Part shown: piece after piece, positions 26,801 to 37,324 of the stretch
How the letters are laid out: each line of letters opens with the position of its first letter
Numbering within the stretch: position 1 is the first letter of the stretch
Assembly (NCBI GenBank): GCA_051362555.1
Contig: CM120645.1
Location: forward strand, 16,244,001 to 16,308,000
Direction of reading: 5' to 3'
DNA: 64,000 nucleotides
Source: Lingula anatina
Taxonomy: Eukaryota; Animalia; Brachiopoda
Translations under genes and position numbers: made by a program
The notes under the pieces: model-generated
Databases searched by the model: none
What the model was told of the DNA's origin: nothing
The model's input: the letters and a program-made list of their open reading frames with translations, nothing else

Positions 26801-29800
26801 CCTAGTGTGACGGGGGTATTAGACACTTTTGCTTGGTCACATGATGGTTCGACCTTCATAATGACTGAAACTGAATACGACTACCACCGTTGGCAAGCTC
26901 TCACCCAAATGTCTTCAGCAAACCTATCCCAAACAGGGCCGTAGCCTGAGTAAAATGCCGGGGGGGGGGGGGGGGGCAGTAAGTGGTCACGAGGGGGCGA
27001 AGCCCCCGAGGGGGGAAGGTGGAAGGTGGAGGGGGGAAGTGTGGACATTTTTTAAAAAGTGTATGTATATTACTGCATTCTGGTCCATTTTAACTGTTAT
27101 TTATTGGTCAATCAGAAGGCAGAAATTGTGGGTTCATTTTGCCATAAGTACATTCATTTTTTCAACACAACACGCCAATTGGCCTGGGGGATAGCTCCCT
27201 CAGGGAGGGTGAGCTTTTTGGCATGAACTGAGTTGGCTAAAAACAGTACACCTTTGTAAACAGATTGTTGAATGATTGTCTAGTGGCCATGAGTGCCTTT
27301 TCTCACAGAATTGATACTTTGCAATTATTTTTTTTTACCTTTGCGATTATTTTTCTTTGCACCCCAATTTACAGGGGGGGCAGCTGCCCCCCCCCCTGCC
27401 CCCCCGGAGGCTACGGCCCTGCCAAAATTGACATCGAACAAGAAGAATTATGGACACCATGAACAAGTAGTTTCATTTCATTAGAAAACCAAACATGCAC
27501 CCAGTGGCGCACTTGAAAGTAACGAAGAGTCCATTTTGGCGGGAGGTTTTCCCTCTGTTGGGTGGAGAATTTTTCTTATAGGTATTTCTTGGCCCTAGTC
27601 ATTCAGGAGTCTGCTAAAAGTCTTTTTTGGGACTGGTTGTTACCATTTGGCCTACTGAGAAAAAGCTGGCAATCTCGCAGAGTATGCAATACTTCCAGGT
27701 TGTAATCCTAGGGGAAAACCACTGCCGACGCCTAATCACACATATTTCTTTGACCGCTGCCGGTGGGTGACATAACGGTTGATTGGTTCAAACGGAAACA
27801 GCAAAAAAAAACCTTCTGTTTCCGACCAGACAGTACATCCAGAAAACTCACCAAGATCTTTTAGTCGAAACTGTGCCAAGCTATAACTGCACTGGACAAA
27901 GCTGACTTGCAACCATAGCACCATAGGTTAGGTCAAAAAGCTCATGTGACCCATTACTGTGAGGAGATGTGTTGCATTGGCATGATTTAATCAAATCCAA
28001 TCTACCACTGTGTATTAAGAAGGTATTCATGACAGTTATGCCACTATTTAGTGAACTTAATTAGCGGACACTTCAGGAAGTTCATGTTCACTACGCAAGG
28101 TTTTTTCGCAACTTTAAGTATGTTCACTTGAATAATTTTTAATCAATACACACTCAAAAATGTTTTGATGCAATTTTGTCAGGGGAAAACTGCACATGTG
28201 TATTGCCTGGAGTATTATTGGAAAATCGAGAAAACCATAAATACAATATGAGTGGAGAAACTTACTGCATTCAGCTTACCCTATCTTCTTGCACTCCGCC
28301 TGACTTATCAGTCATAATGACGTAAATGAAGGCAAAGACGTCATTGTTGGCAATGAAGTTAAGAACCACGTCATCCATGACACCACTTTCACCAATACCA
28401 GGGCTGTCGATGATATACACACCACTCTAAGGGTATAATACAATTTTGTTTATGTATTTTGTGGATACTTAATGCATCTTACCTCAAACAGAAAGTTTGA
28501 AAATTTTCATTTGAAATTATTGCATGTATATACCAGTACCCAATTAAGTTTCATGTCACAATTCCACATGTCGAACTCTAAGAAATATGGCCTGACTTCA
28601 TGAAATACTACATTACCTTTAACAGCTCCAATGGCAAATAAACATCGACCATGCACTTTTTCGGTTCACCCTCCCTTGCTGCACCCTTAGGGAATAGATC
28701 ACGCTCCAAAGCCGAGCACAAATCATCAGGGTTCTTTACTTCTACCTGTTTTTGCTCGCCGTCAGGTTGTTGTACCAGAACTTTAGGTTCTTCCCCATAC
28801 TTTATTCTTGTGATCGCAGCTGTACAGCTTAAATGGGCTTCCGGTAGGATTTTCTTGCCAAGGAGAAGGTTCAAAAAGGTGCTCTTCCCCGAAGAAGTTT
28901 CGCCTTGAATGTGAAAAAGTTTGTTAGAGAAAATAACATTATAGAGCCTTCATATCACATTGGTAACAATGCCTTGACAAAGCACAACATAAAATACATG
29001 GATGTACTGATAACATAATGCAAATATAGAAAAAATAAAAAGTTAATAAAAAATGAACGACCTAATCGAGAAACACGCGAGTATATGGGCAAAGAAAAAA
29101 TGCTGCAATGAGTAACCCAACTATTTTCTGACGATAACACAGTGAGCAAACATCCATAATTTTTTGTTAATTTATCGCAATCCATTCATAAAAGAAATAT
29201 AAAAAGTTACCCGTTAATGTGTAAAAAAAAATAATTTTTGGTAATGTATCATTACTTCTGAGCTCAACAGTGTATACAATGACATACAGAGTTGACATTT
29301 AATATGGAGTTTTTCGCTTTTAAAGGTATGCCTACGTAAAAATGCTTACTCCCACCTCATATCAGATATGTGAAAGGAGAAGTGTGTAGTCAGGTGTGTG
29401 GATAGCAATTAACCGACAAGGTTGCACTGCTGAGGTCGTCTGGTATGCAGTTATTTAATTGGGAAGTGCTCCTTTTGTTTTACAGAAGTGTTAAAGACAT
29501 ATAATGCTAGGCAGATTACTGCGCCAGAAGAACGGTCCTCACAGTTTTATAGAGTAATGCCCAGACTAAAGTACCTGCACAGAGGCCACACCCAATGTAT
29601 CACCAGAATTAGGACTCACTTTCCTTCCAGATATGCTGCTGCAAGTAAACAAAAGACCACCCATTCCGTACAGAATAAGAGACAAAATGCCACCACAACG
29701 TCTTTTTCCAAGGCCCTTTGCGCACATCAATATTGTTTTAGCAGGTTATAATACCAGACAACCTCTGAGGAAGCCACTGTAAACAGCAGAACGTCGTCGT

Positions 29801-32800
29801 CTACTTCTCTAATGAATAGGGGACCATGGCCGTTTCTGGGTAGAACACTGAAGGCTTTCTTATAGAGGTCATATTTCACCTGTACCACTCAACTAGTCAA
29901 AACAGAGTTTACAGACATCTAGAAGAGGCTTATGATGAAAGCGTGTGCGGCATGTAAAGTGACCAGGGTCATTGACATCGTATTTGGCGGATACCACACT
30001 GCTGCCAAAACACCAATGGTAGTCATCAATGAAAACCTGAACCAGATCAAATAAAGGGAATCTGGGAATTACTTGACTATAATTTGAAAGGGGCACCTAA
30101 GGAACAATTTTAGGTTGCGTGATGAGATTGCCGGTTCACACATAGCACGTCTCATAGCAGATAGCGTACAGAAACAAGGGAATGAGCAGCTACATTGGTC
30201 ATCAAAATCATCAGGTTTGAACCACACAGACAATGTGTGGGTGAGTCATTACACGCCGAATCAACGATCTACATGTCCTGCAACAAAATGAACCAAATCA
30301 GACAAGTTTTGACCGATGCCTGAAATGTTATACCAGATTAAACTCTAAAACCCTATTCCAAGAAATGCCTCGCCGCTTGAGAGCCCTGGTGGTAGCCTGA
30401 TGAGATCAGGCGTAACTGCGACCGTTTCTGTGATTAGACACTGATATGAGGGTCCTTTGTGGGCCGTATAACTCTTTTACAGATGATAATTTGATAAATA
30501 TGGAGATCCAAAATATCGGTTTTAATGGTTGCCGTATGACTTATAATGGTCATAGTATTTTGTTTGCTTCACTGACGAATTCAATTAATGAACTGATGTC
30601 ACAAGAACACCAAAGAAATAATTAAAAGTTATTAAAACACGATTTTAATCCTTATTTTCATTTATCAGTCAGAAAAATAGAATACTGATGAAAACTGATT
30701 TGGAAAAAATATTCCAATTTAGATGTCAAGTCTGTATAAGCAGAGGACGAGTACTAACTGGCCGATCATTTGATTATAAACATTGACTTATTTGATTGAT
30801 AACTCCTACCTGCGACAAGTATTGGACAGTTGCCAGTTTCGAGCATGTCGATCCTCTTTTCTACGCTTATTTTTGCGTTCTCAGCTACAATATTCTCTGC
30901 TTCCAGTCTCTTTAAAATGTTCGGGTCAAGTAACGGTAGGGACTCCTTAATGGTTTTAAGGATCGACTGAAGTGCAATTCTTCTTTGTTTGTCATTTTCT
31001 CGTAATTCAGTGAAAACATCAGCAGCCTAAAGTTATAAATATATATATATATAAAGTCACTGTTCTATTTTATTATGATTTTGTGTGCACGTTCTTAAAG
31101 CCCCCATCACACTTATTCGGAATCAGCAGGAATCAAGCAGAACCAACCGGAATGACTTAATTTAAAAAATTCGTTTTACATTCGGGAAAAAATTCAAATT
31201 GACCTAAATTCTTGTAAGAATGCCGTTGGAATAAAGTCAACATGCGAAGGGACAAACTGAATAAGTCACTCGATCAGCCATAAAAGAGCTTTAGACTGCA
31301 ATTTTCTTAATTATACTGTTTGAAACTATTTGCTGGCATTTGGTTGGTTTTTGTGGCAAAAAATTGACTTTGTATGCATCTTTAATAGGCCTATTTTAAA
31401 TGGAAGGAAGGACACCAAGCATTCGAGGAGGCTGCTCCATGCCTTCAACAGCTCCACACGTTTACAAAGGGAAGTGTTAAAGATTCATACAAAGTCAATT
31501 TTTTGCCACAAAAACCGACTAAATGCCAGCATATGATTTCAAGTAGTAAAATTAAGAGAATTGCCAAAAGGCATTGTTTAATATTACCCGAAAATGATGT
31601 TTGAACGAATTTTTTATGCTAGCATCTATGCTGTATATCAATAGAGCAGAAACGTAGGTCACGGAAGTAGGTTCAATTTCTGACCAAAAAATTCAAGAGC
31701 AGCCTAAAGCTCTTTTATGGCTGATCGAGTTATCTATTCAGTTTATCCCTTGGCATGTCGACCTTATTTGAGACGTATAAGAAACTAGTAGAAATGGTTT
31801 ACATGTGTTACAGGGAATCCACGCTCCACCGATGCTTGGTTCATATGTACCTTTAATTAATAATCCAAATAACAAAGAACGTTTTCACGACGTTATCAGA
31901 TGGTAAAATGCTGGAAATGGTATAGATGAACATTATGGTAACGCTATGGCTGTTTTTAACTCCATGCAAAATGATGTATAGTTACGTTATAATTTGTAGA
32001 AAGATTCAAAGACCGTTTCTACAAAATTTTATAATAACATTATTTTGTGGAGTTTTATCACCATCAGCATTTATATAATGTTTTGAAAAGCTTTTTATTT
32101 TTATAAATAATCAAAACTCGTCTTATTTTGTTTAAACTACAGTTAGCGGTTAAAATGGGCTTGGGTGGTCGGCGACTAGAGTGGTGCGAATTGTAGAATA
32201 TTCGGACTATCGGTACCGTAATAACCAGCATGTGACGTAAGCTTAAATAAACAATTTTATAAATACCCCACCATCACCATCATTACTTCCGGAAAAAAAT
32301 AAATAGACATCAATACCGTAACGCATTTTATCAGAATATGAAAAAAGGTGTTTTAAAATAAAAGTGAATGTTATTTCGCGTCTTTACTGAACTAGTGAAC
32401 TTTCCTATCTTGTTTTTCAGGAATACATTCCAATAAACCTCCTCGCAGGGTCAGCTAGCACAAGGATGAATAAGTTCAGCTGTAAAGATGATGATGTGAA
32501 GTCAACGATGTTGACAGTTCACGGTACCCTGTTATAGATAGAGATAGCTATAGCAGTTAAAGGTGACCATGACTGTGTGCGTGTGTGTGTGTGTGACTAA
32601 AACAGTTGAAACCCTTAGCACCTAAAAGTAAAACAAATACACCCTACATTTATTAGGCATCAAACACGTCATACTGATAAAATACATTCGGTCTAAAAGC
32701 GTGTAACATGTTAAGGAGCTTAACGTGCTTAGGAGCTAAACGCGTCAAAAAAATGAGACAAAATAGGCGCTTAGAAATGTGTTTAGGAGCTAAACACTGT

Positions 32801-33687
32801 TTTCACAATGTAGGATCGAGATGCATTCGAGCTGCATTCCAGCTCATTCTAGCAAGATTTGAAGTGTCTTGCCATTTCGATTCTCCCTCGAATGTGATCA
32901 AAATGTTTCGAATGCTGTCGGAATGCCGTGAGAATATTTAGAATGCAGTCATAGTGCAGTTAGAATACTATTCAAATGCCATTCGATAATTTTCCACTTG
33001 GGATGCACTTCAAAAGTTTTTAACATGAGCTGTTTTAACAAGAATGGGTAAAAATATTTGGAATGCACTTGGAATTTTTAGAATGCTCTTCGAATATCCA
33101 GTAACGCACAAAGAATTGTATTTCCGACGGCATTCTTGCTCATACCGTCTCTAGTGTGACGGGGGTATTAGTAGTTGACTTTATATTTTTAATTACAATA
33201 CCTCTCAAATCTAAAATGTAGATAGACCTCAAATATTACTCATAATGATGAAGTTATAATAGTAAATGTCGCAATATGGTTGTTTTCGTGTGTTTGCGTG
33301 TGTTTGTGTGTGTGTGTCTACATCTGCATCTTGAAACTATATGACAATATTACAGAACGCACTGAAATGATGAGATAATTTGTGAATGATTATGTTCCTT
33401 TGAAGAACTTAAAACATACACGTATATGTTTACGATACAAACGATGGAATTTGAGGATCCATACAAGAAAAATACAATCCAAGAAGAAAATATATATACT
33501 ATACCTTTTCCATCCTTGTAATTTGAGAGTGTTTTGCCTCAAAATGTAAGCAAAGCCTCTCTTTTAGATCTTGTAGATCTTCAATGTCGTCAGTGTATAT
33601 ATTTAAACCAACGCAAATACGAAAGCCATCCTCTAAGTCTTCCAAAGACTCGATGGTGTCTGGGGTTATGTCACTTACGTTAGCCAT
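11415..33687 (-). CDS. Dynamin-like (mitofusin/BDLP-type) GTPase - pseudokinase fusion protein, DSTYK-like architecture, 8 coding exons, about 1015 aa
   Basis: Exons 33687-33505, 31026-30810, 28903-28617, 28426-28280, 16938-16610, 14703-13519, 13391-13112 and 11834-11415 join with GT-AG sites and matching phases (0,1,0,0,2,2,0) into 3048 nt with no internal stop. G1 GETSSGKST, G2 LSCT, G3 DSPG, G4 NRWD, G5 LSAK, then a degenerate kinase fold. Confidence 0.88.
12212..12948. mobile_element. Mutator-like (MULE) non-autonomous element in intron 7
   Basis: 9-bp TSD tgtacacca at 12203-12211 and 12949-12957. Ends gattccaggacaatcccc / ggggagattgtcctgatacc with short subterminal ggacaa/ttgtcc repeats. 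Confidence 0.8.
13112..13391 (-). CDS. Coding exon 7: pseudokinase subdomains IV-VIb
   Basis: ttccag|A acceptor, ACC|gtgagt donor. IQLANALAYLHKNGFVCLDLSMDTVMIT, where HRDLKxxN is replaced by CLDLSMDT. Confidence 0.88.
13519..14703 (-). CDS. Coding exon 6: helical stalk, hydrophobic hairpin and kinase N-lobe
   Basis: 1185-nt open exon. Coiled-coil-rich, with hydrophobic IALSLFSPTILPIGALGMLLASPAFFFG and then QGNWTKVF...QISVKRY...EEIIEM. The donor ATGAG|gtgtgt was chosen because it is the only nearby GT giving the phase needed by exon 7. Confidence 0.88.
14842..16492 (+). mobile_element. Tc1 (DD34E) DNA transposon, full length but defective, in intron 5
   Basis: Imperfect ~27-bp TIRs caacattggtcaaggggttgtaccac / gtgggacaacctttttgaccaatcttg, flanked by TA on both sides. 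Confidence 0.9.
15151..16167 (+). pseudogene. Tc1 transposase pseudogene
   Basis: MPRATS...TQTEIARRL helix-turn-helix, VVFADESKF, LQQDN, SPDANPFKHLW (third catalytic E replaced by K at the D34 spacing), SMPRRLQDIITARGGHTRY. Frameshift/stop near 15270 and premature TGA at 16048. Confidence 0.9.
16610..16938 (-). CDS. Coding exon 5: GTPase G4/G5
   Basis: ttctctag|CTC acceptor, CG|gtgcgt donor. AIFVCNRWD and IFTLSAKKA. Confidence 0.9.
17244..19437. mobile_element. Non-autonomous DNA transposon with TTA target duplication (PIF/Harbinger-like)
   Basis: TIR ggcagttttttttaataacctgtttctc / gagaaacaggtaattaaaaaaaaactgcc, with TTA on both sides (17241-43, 19438-40). Subterminal ccgac motifs. No intact ORF. 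Confidence 0.75.
19465..24222. repeat. Long inverted repeat in intron 4 (arms ~19465-21110 and ~22168-24222, ~1.05-kb spacer)
   Basis: 19465-20462 is the reverse complement of 23228-24222, and 20471-21110 of 22168-22805. Near-identical ORFs appear on opposite strands (19735-20019 and 23604-23930). Confidence 0.9.
24544..26180 (-). mobile_element. BEL/Pao LTR-retrotransposon relic (gag/DUF1759-like fragment plus repetitive upstream region)
   Basis: Minus-strand frames give QFSG*ALDWPRFAALFYAQV and SFIKRVTEGPPIKDRDRVQLESFYANTRDCLFILKRMNF, which resemble BEL gag. A ~208-bp internal duplication (25548/25756) and gctgagacg repeats lie upstream. No LTR found. Confidence 0.55.
26181..26818. mobile_element. 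Full-length copy of the dominant GAAT-rich MITE family (TIR CCCCCGTCACAC, TWA target)
   Basis: agcccccgtcacacttattcgg ... ctagtgtgacgggggta. Related copies or fragments lie at ~20341-21540, 22170-23350, 24224-24543, 31098-33167, 44851-44930, 46531-47192 and 55560-56684. Confidence 0.8.
26934..27421. mobile_element. hAT-like MITE with 5-bp TSD
   Basis: TIR cagggccgtagcc / ggctacggccctg, with CCAAA duplicated at 26929-33 and 27422-26. G/C-run subterminal regions. Confidence 0.75.
28280..28426 (-). CDS. Coding exon 4: GTPase G3 (not in the ORF track)
   Basis: cccttag|AGT acceptor, AGG|gtaagc donor. SGVYIIDSPGIGESGVMDDVVLNFIANNDVFAFIYVIMTDKSGGVQEDR. Confidence 0.9.
28617..28903 (-). CDS. Coding exon 3: GTPase P-loop and G2
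   Basis: cattcaag|GC acceptor, AAG|gtaatg donor. (G)ETSSGKSTFLNLLLGKKILPEAHLSCTAAITRIKYG...VDVYLPLELLK. Confidence 0.92.
29276..30745 (+). mobile_element. Second, highly degenerate Tc1-like element in intron 2
   Basis: TIR remnants catacagagttgacatttaatatggagttttt / aaaaatattccaatttagatgtcaagtctgtat. Relic motifs WSSKSSGLNHTDNVW (~30195-30240) and EMPRRLRALVVA (~30362-30398). Confidence 0.65.
30810..31026 (-). CDS. Coding exon 2: helical region preceding the P-loop (not in the ORF track)
   Basis: aactttag|GCT acceptor, GCAG|gtagga donor (phase 1). AADVFTELRENDKQRRIALQSIL...KRIDMLETGNCPILVAG joins exon 3 to make ILVAGETSSGKST. Confidence 0.9.
31098..33167. mobile_element. GAAT-rich MITE copy expanded by nested insertions, including a hairpin element at ~31231-31768
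   Basis: TTA-aagcccccatcacac ... gtgtgacgggggta-TTA. The nested element has inverted arms ctcgatcagccataaaagagctttag / ctaaagctcttttatggctgatcgag and an inner inverted pair at 31331-31383 / 31478-31531. Confidence 0.75.
33505..33687 (-). CDS. Coding exon 1 (start codon; N-terminal acidic helical module)
   Basis: gcaATGG start, in-frame TGA upstream (33730-32), splice acceptor ttttag| at 33738 and AAG|gtatag donor. MANVSDITPDTIESLEDLEDGFRICVGLNIYTDDIEDLQDLKERLCLHF. Confidence 0.78.
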
Positions 33688-34507
33688 TGCTACTAACGCC
33701 TCATATCTCCGAGTATTAGGTGTTTTCGGTCATTTACCTAAAATGATAAAGCGTGTAAATGGGTCTATGTTTAAAAGAGAAAAGGTACTAATATCTGTGT
33801 CTAAATTAGATTAAAAGATTTATACACCTCCCACTGGCCTTGAAACAAATACAAAAACGCTGGTGATTATACGAGCACGTTGGAAACAAAAGTAAGGCGC
33901 GTTTATCTCAAATAGCAAGCTTGAGTGGAGAAAATGGAGAAGCTCAAGGTCTAAAAACTGGAGAGGATGAGAATGAGGAAACACATCCAAATACACAAGG
34001 TGAAACAAATGTGAAAGAGCCCTATGAAGAGACAAGCACGAAACCAAGACATGAACACGAAGAGACAGATAGGGCATTGAATACCCCCATCAAACTACCA
34101 AAAAATGTACCTACAGCAATAACAGCATCCAAGCAGTCATTTTTGCTGAAGGCTGAATCAGTCAAGCAGAGATGGTCAGATAATTGGACTGAGAACCTTA
34201 AATCTATAAACAAAGCCCTTGTCAATTTGGAGGCCAGCCAGACAGAACTCATTAAAGTCTTACAGACAAACAATGAGAGACGAAGCACTGAGAACAAAGA
34301 GATGAGAGATACTATCAAGCAACAGGCAGAAAATATAAACAATCTGAGAGATACTGTCAAACAACAAACAGAGAAGATAGACAGTCTCACCCTTCAGAGT
34401 AATCTGCTGCAAACGGAGTTGAATGAAATGAAGAAAATTGTTAAAGAGAATGTGGAAAGGAATGGAAAGAAAGAGCATCCTGTAACACACTCAAACTCTC
34501 AAAAAAT

Positions 34508-34681
34508 CATGAAAGAAAAACCGCCTAATATTTTAATAGTCTCTCCGCCTCTCACACGCCTCCCCATGTGTCGTCCCAATGGAGCCGAGATTTAATGATT
34601 GTCCCCCCGCAGGGACGACGTGTAGGGAGGCGTGTGAGAGGCGGAGAGACTATTAAGATATTAGGCGTTTTTTCTTTCATG
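34508..34681. mobile_element. Short palindromic (hairpin) MITE-like insertion
   Basis: ~70-bp arms catgaaagaaaaaccgcctaatattttaatagtctctccgcctctcacacgcctccc / gggaggcgtgtgagaggcggagagactattaagatattaggcgttttttctttcatg. Confidence 0.75.
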
Positions 34682-36081
34682 TACGACCGCCATATTTAGT
34701 CCCCAGGATTTGTAAAGCCTGGCTCAACTCGTTGTGAATGCGATCATGGACTACCTCGACTATTACTTCATAACAAACACTTGCTAGGTGTGCACATATC
34801 TGGACCCCCCCCCTTCCATGAAGACAATGCTTGCAAATCAGAAAAGGGGTAGAGAATTACCCTTGTTATACAGACCCGCAGAGATGTCAAACCTGTTAAC
34901 ACACAAGACAACTACAGGCGTCGGCCATATGGAGACTCTGGTCACTTACTGTCCCCGCAGTCACATCATCACCAAAGGCAGTGGGGAAAAACAATGCTTC
35001 GTGGAAATACCGGTATATAAGCAGAAGAGAACCACAGCCGTACACCCATGACAGGCAGCTACGACATGACAGGGATGAGAGACATAGTCCATATAGCGGA
35101 CAACAAATTTTCTCAGGCATCCATTTTGACACTCGCTCATGGGACTAAATGTGCATATACAAACATACTCAAAATATTAAGGATAAGTTATACAGATATG
35201 TTTAAAAAGTACACAAAATGTCCATGTTATTATTTACTTTCATCCAGTTCCATCTAATTCAGTAAGTACAGAGCAATTTATTTATTTATTTATTTATTTA
35301 AACTTTACTAATTAGAAACGTAAAGAACCTAAGTTGTTTAAATACAAAAGCCAAGAGAAACTCAGGTGAGATTGTAGCATTTTTTACAAAATCAGTAACT
35401 GCTGGAGTTACCAAGTTACAAAACAATTGTGAAGATATTCTGATACTGAGATTGAGCAAACTCTACTTTGGGTTTTGGCGTGATGCCATCCTTGCCACAG
35501 CCTACACAGGTTCCCCCAACTCAATGAGAATGCAAACACATACGATAGACTAACAGCTGAACTTGCAACAGAGTCAGCTAACTGTAATATAATTATCCAA
35601 GGGGATTTCAATGCCAGAACTAAAGTTAACTCAAATTTCCTTGTAGATGACAGCACATAATTTACATCAGTTTTTGGAGCCCATTATCTCATGCATATAG
35701 CCAGCCCCCTCCTAGAAACTCAATGGACTCCCAAAAATCAAATGCATTCGGTGGAAAGTTGCCACAGCTATGCAAAGATTGCAATTAAAGAATTGTAATC
35801 GGTCGTAAACTAGTTGATTTACTTGGCAAGTATATTTGTTATCAACCAGCTGGTAACAGCGTTGTTGATTATGTTATCTACAGTGCCACTTTTTACAGCA
35901 GCATCCCATACTTTCGCGTAAATGATTTGTCAATAGAGAGTTTTGGCAAGGCCTTCCGTATGACGTGTAACGTATAGATCAATACGTAATACGTTATACG
36001 TACGCGAGATAGCTAGAAGTGGTTTTGGCAGGTCTCACTCCGTATGCGTTTTTTTTCCCGCCAGGAGCCGCTAGTTCCAAA

Positions 36082-37155
36082 ATGGCCGCGCCCTGGACAT
36101 CCAAGCGGAAGTTGATTTGTGCACAAATTTTCGACTTTGACGTAGAAAATACGCTCGTCTTCGCAAATTACAAGCGACGAAGAGACTCCACATATGATCC
36201 TGACTATGGCAAGTTTGTTTTTTATGACCAAACTTCGGCAAAAATATGTTCTATGACAAGATTTCAAAAGGATGACATTGGCAGACTTCAAAATGCATTG
36301 GGCATCCCTGACGTTTTGATCTGTTCAGATAGAACTGTATCAACCGGAGTAGACGCATTGTGCATATTGTTACGTAGATTGGCATATCCAAATAGACTGT
36401 GTGACCTCGAAGAAGTATTTGGCAGACCATCTTGTGCCCTTTCCCAAATATTCACTACAACTCTTGATGTTATCTATGAAAACAATGGACATATCCTACA
36501 ATCTCTGCGTGACCAAGAATGGCTGACAGAGGGATATGAACTATTTGCTGCAGCTATCCAAGCTAAGGGGGCTGCACTTGCTAACTGCTGGGGCTTTATA
36601 GACGGCACTGTGCGGCCTATGTGTAGGCCTCAGGAAGGGCAACAAGTGTGCTATAATGGACACAAACGGACACATGCCCTGAAATATCAGAGCATCACTG
36701 CACCAAATGGATTAATAGCAAATATGTTTGGTCCAGTTGAAGGATCGAGACATGATTCTGCCTTACTCCGCATGAGTGGTATAATGCTGGAACTCTCAGA
36801 AATTCAGATAAATGGAGAACAAGGCTGCATCTATGGGGATCCAGCATATCCTTTACGACCAGAAATACAGGTTCCATTCAGAAATCCAACACCTGATCAA
36901 CAGATGTTCAATGCCTCCATGTCAGCTGTTAGAATATCTGTAGAGTGGACATTCGGCAAAATTGTTGAAAACTTTGCCTTCCTAGACTATAAGAAAAACC
37001 ATAAACTTTGTCTTCAACCTATTGGCAAGATGTATCTGGTTGCAGCTCTATTAGTTAATTGCCATACCTGTTTATATGGATCAGAAACGACTGATTTTTT
37101 TCATATTGATCCACCAAGTTTAGAGGAATATTTGCAATATTATGATTATGAATAA
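36082..37155 (+). CDS. Harbinger-type DDE transposase (DDE_Tnp_4/HARBI1-like), intact, 357 aa
   Basis: aaaATGG start. LLRRLAYP helix-turn-helix region and the catalytic triad CWGFIDGT, IYGDPAY, RISVEWTF. Also YNGHKRTHALKYQ and GSRHD. No stops. Confidence 0.93.
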   Translation: MAAPWTSKRKLICAQIFDFDVENTLVFANYKRRRDSTYDPDYGKFVFYDQTSAKICSMTRFQKDDIGRLQNALGIPDVLICSDRTVSTGVDALCILLRRLAYPNRLCDLEEVFGRPSCALSQIFTTTLDVIYENNGHILQSLRDQEWLTEGYELFAAAIQAKGAALANCWGFIDGTVRPMCRPQEGQQVCYNGHKRTHALKYQSITAPNGLIANMFGPVEGSRHDSALLRMSGIMLELSEIQINGEQGCIYGDPAYPLRPEIQVPFRNPTPDQQMFNASMSAVRISVEWTFGKIVENFAFLDYKKNHKLCLQPIGKMYLVAALLVNCHTCLYGSETTDFFHIDPPSLEEYLQYYDYE

Positions 37156-37324
37156 TAAATAAGAAAACACAGTATTCAAAATTGAAAAATTTATTATAAA
37201 ATGAAACTGTGTGAAAAAACTTTAAACTTTCAAATTGAAATAAACTGTATAAATAAAATTCTCTCTTCCTTTTAATTAGCAAATGGCATGATAATTACTG
37301 ATCAGTAGTAGAGTTCTCCAAATA

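Noticed and set aside
20397-26944. Many 60-150-aa ORFs rich in N/C/S/F (also 46506-46772 and 55616-56729)
   Set aside because: Translations of the GAAT-rich MITE. Frames differ among copies. Only the BEL gag part of 24304-24768 looks genuine.
11415-33687. Assigning the symbol DSTYK, MFN or a ROCO/LRRK identity
   Set aside because: The architecture only resembles DSTYK, the kinase motifs are degenerate and orthology is untested. The GTPase motifs are dynamin-like rather than Roc-COR.
33921-34595. 224-aa coiled-coil ORF as an independent host gene
   Set aside because: No ATG start, its end runs into a hairpin insertion, and it lies directly upstream of LINE endonuclease motifs, so it is best read as an ORF1 remnant.
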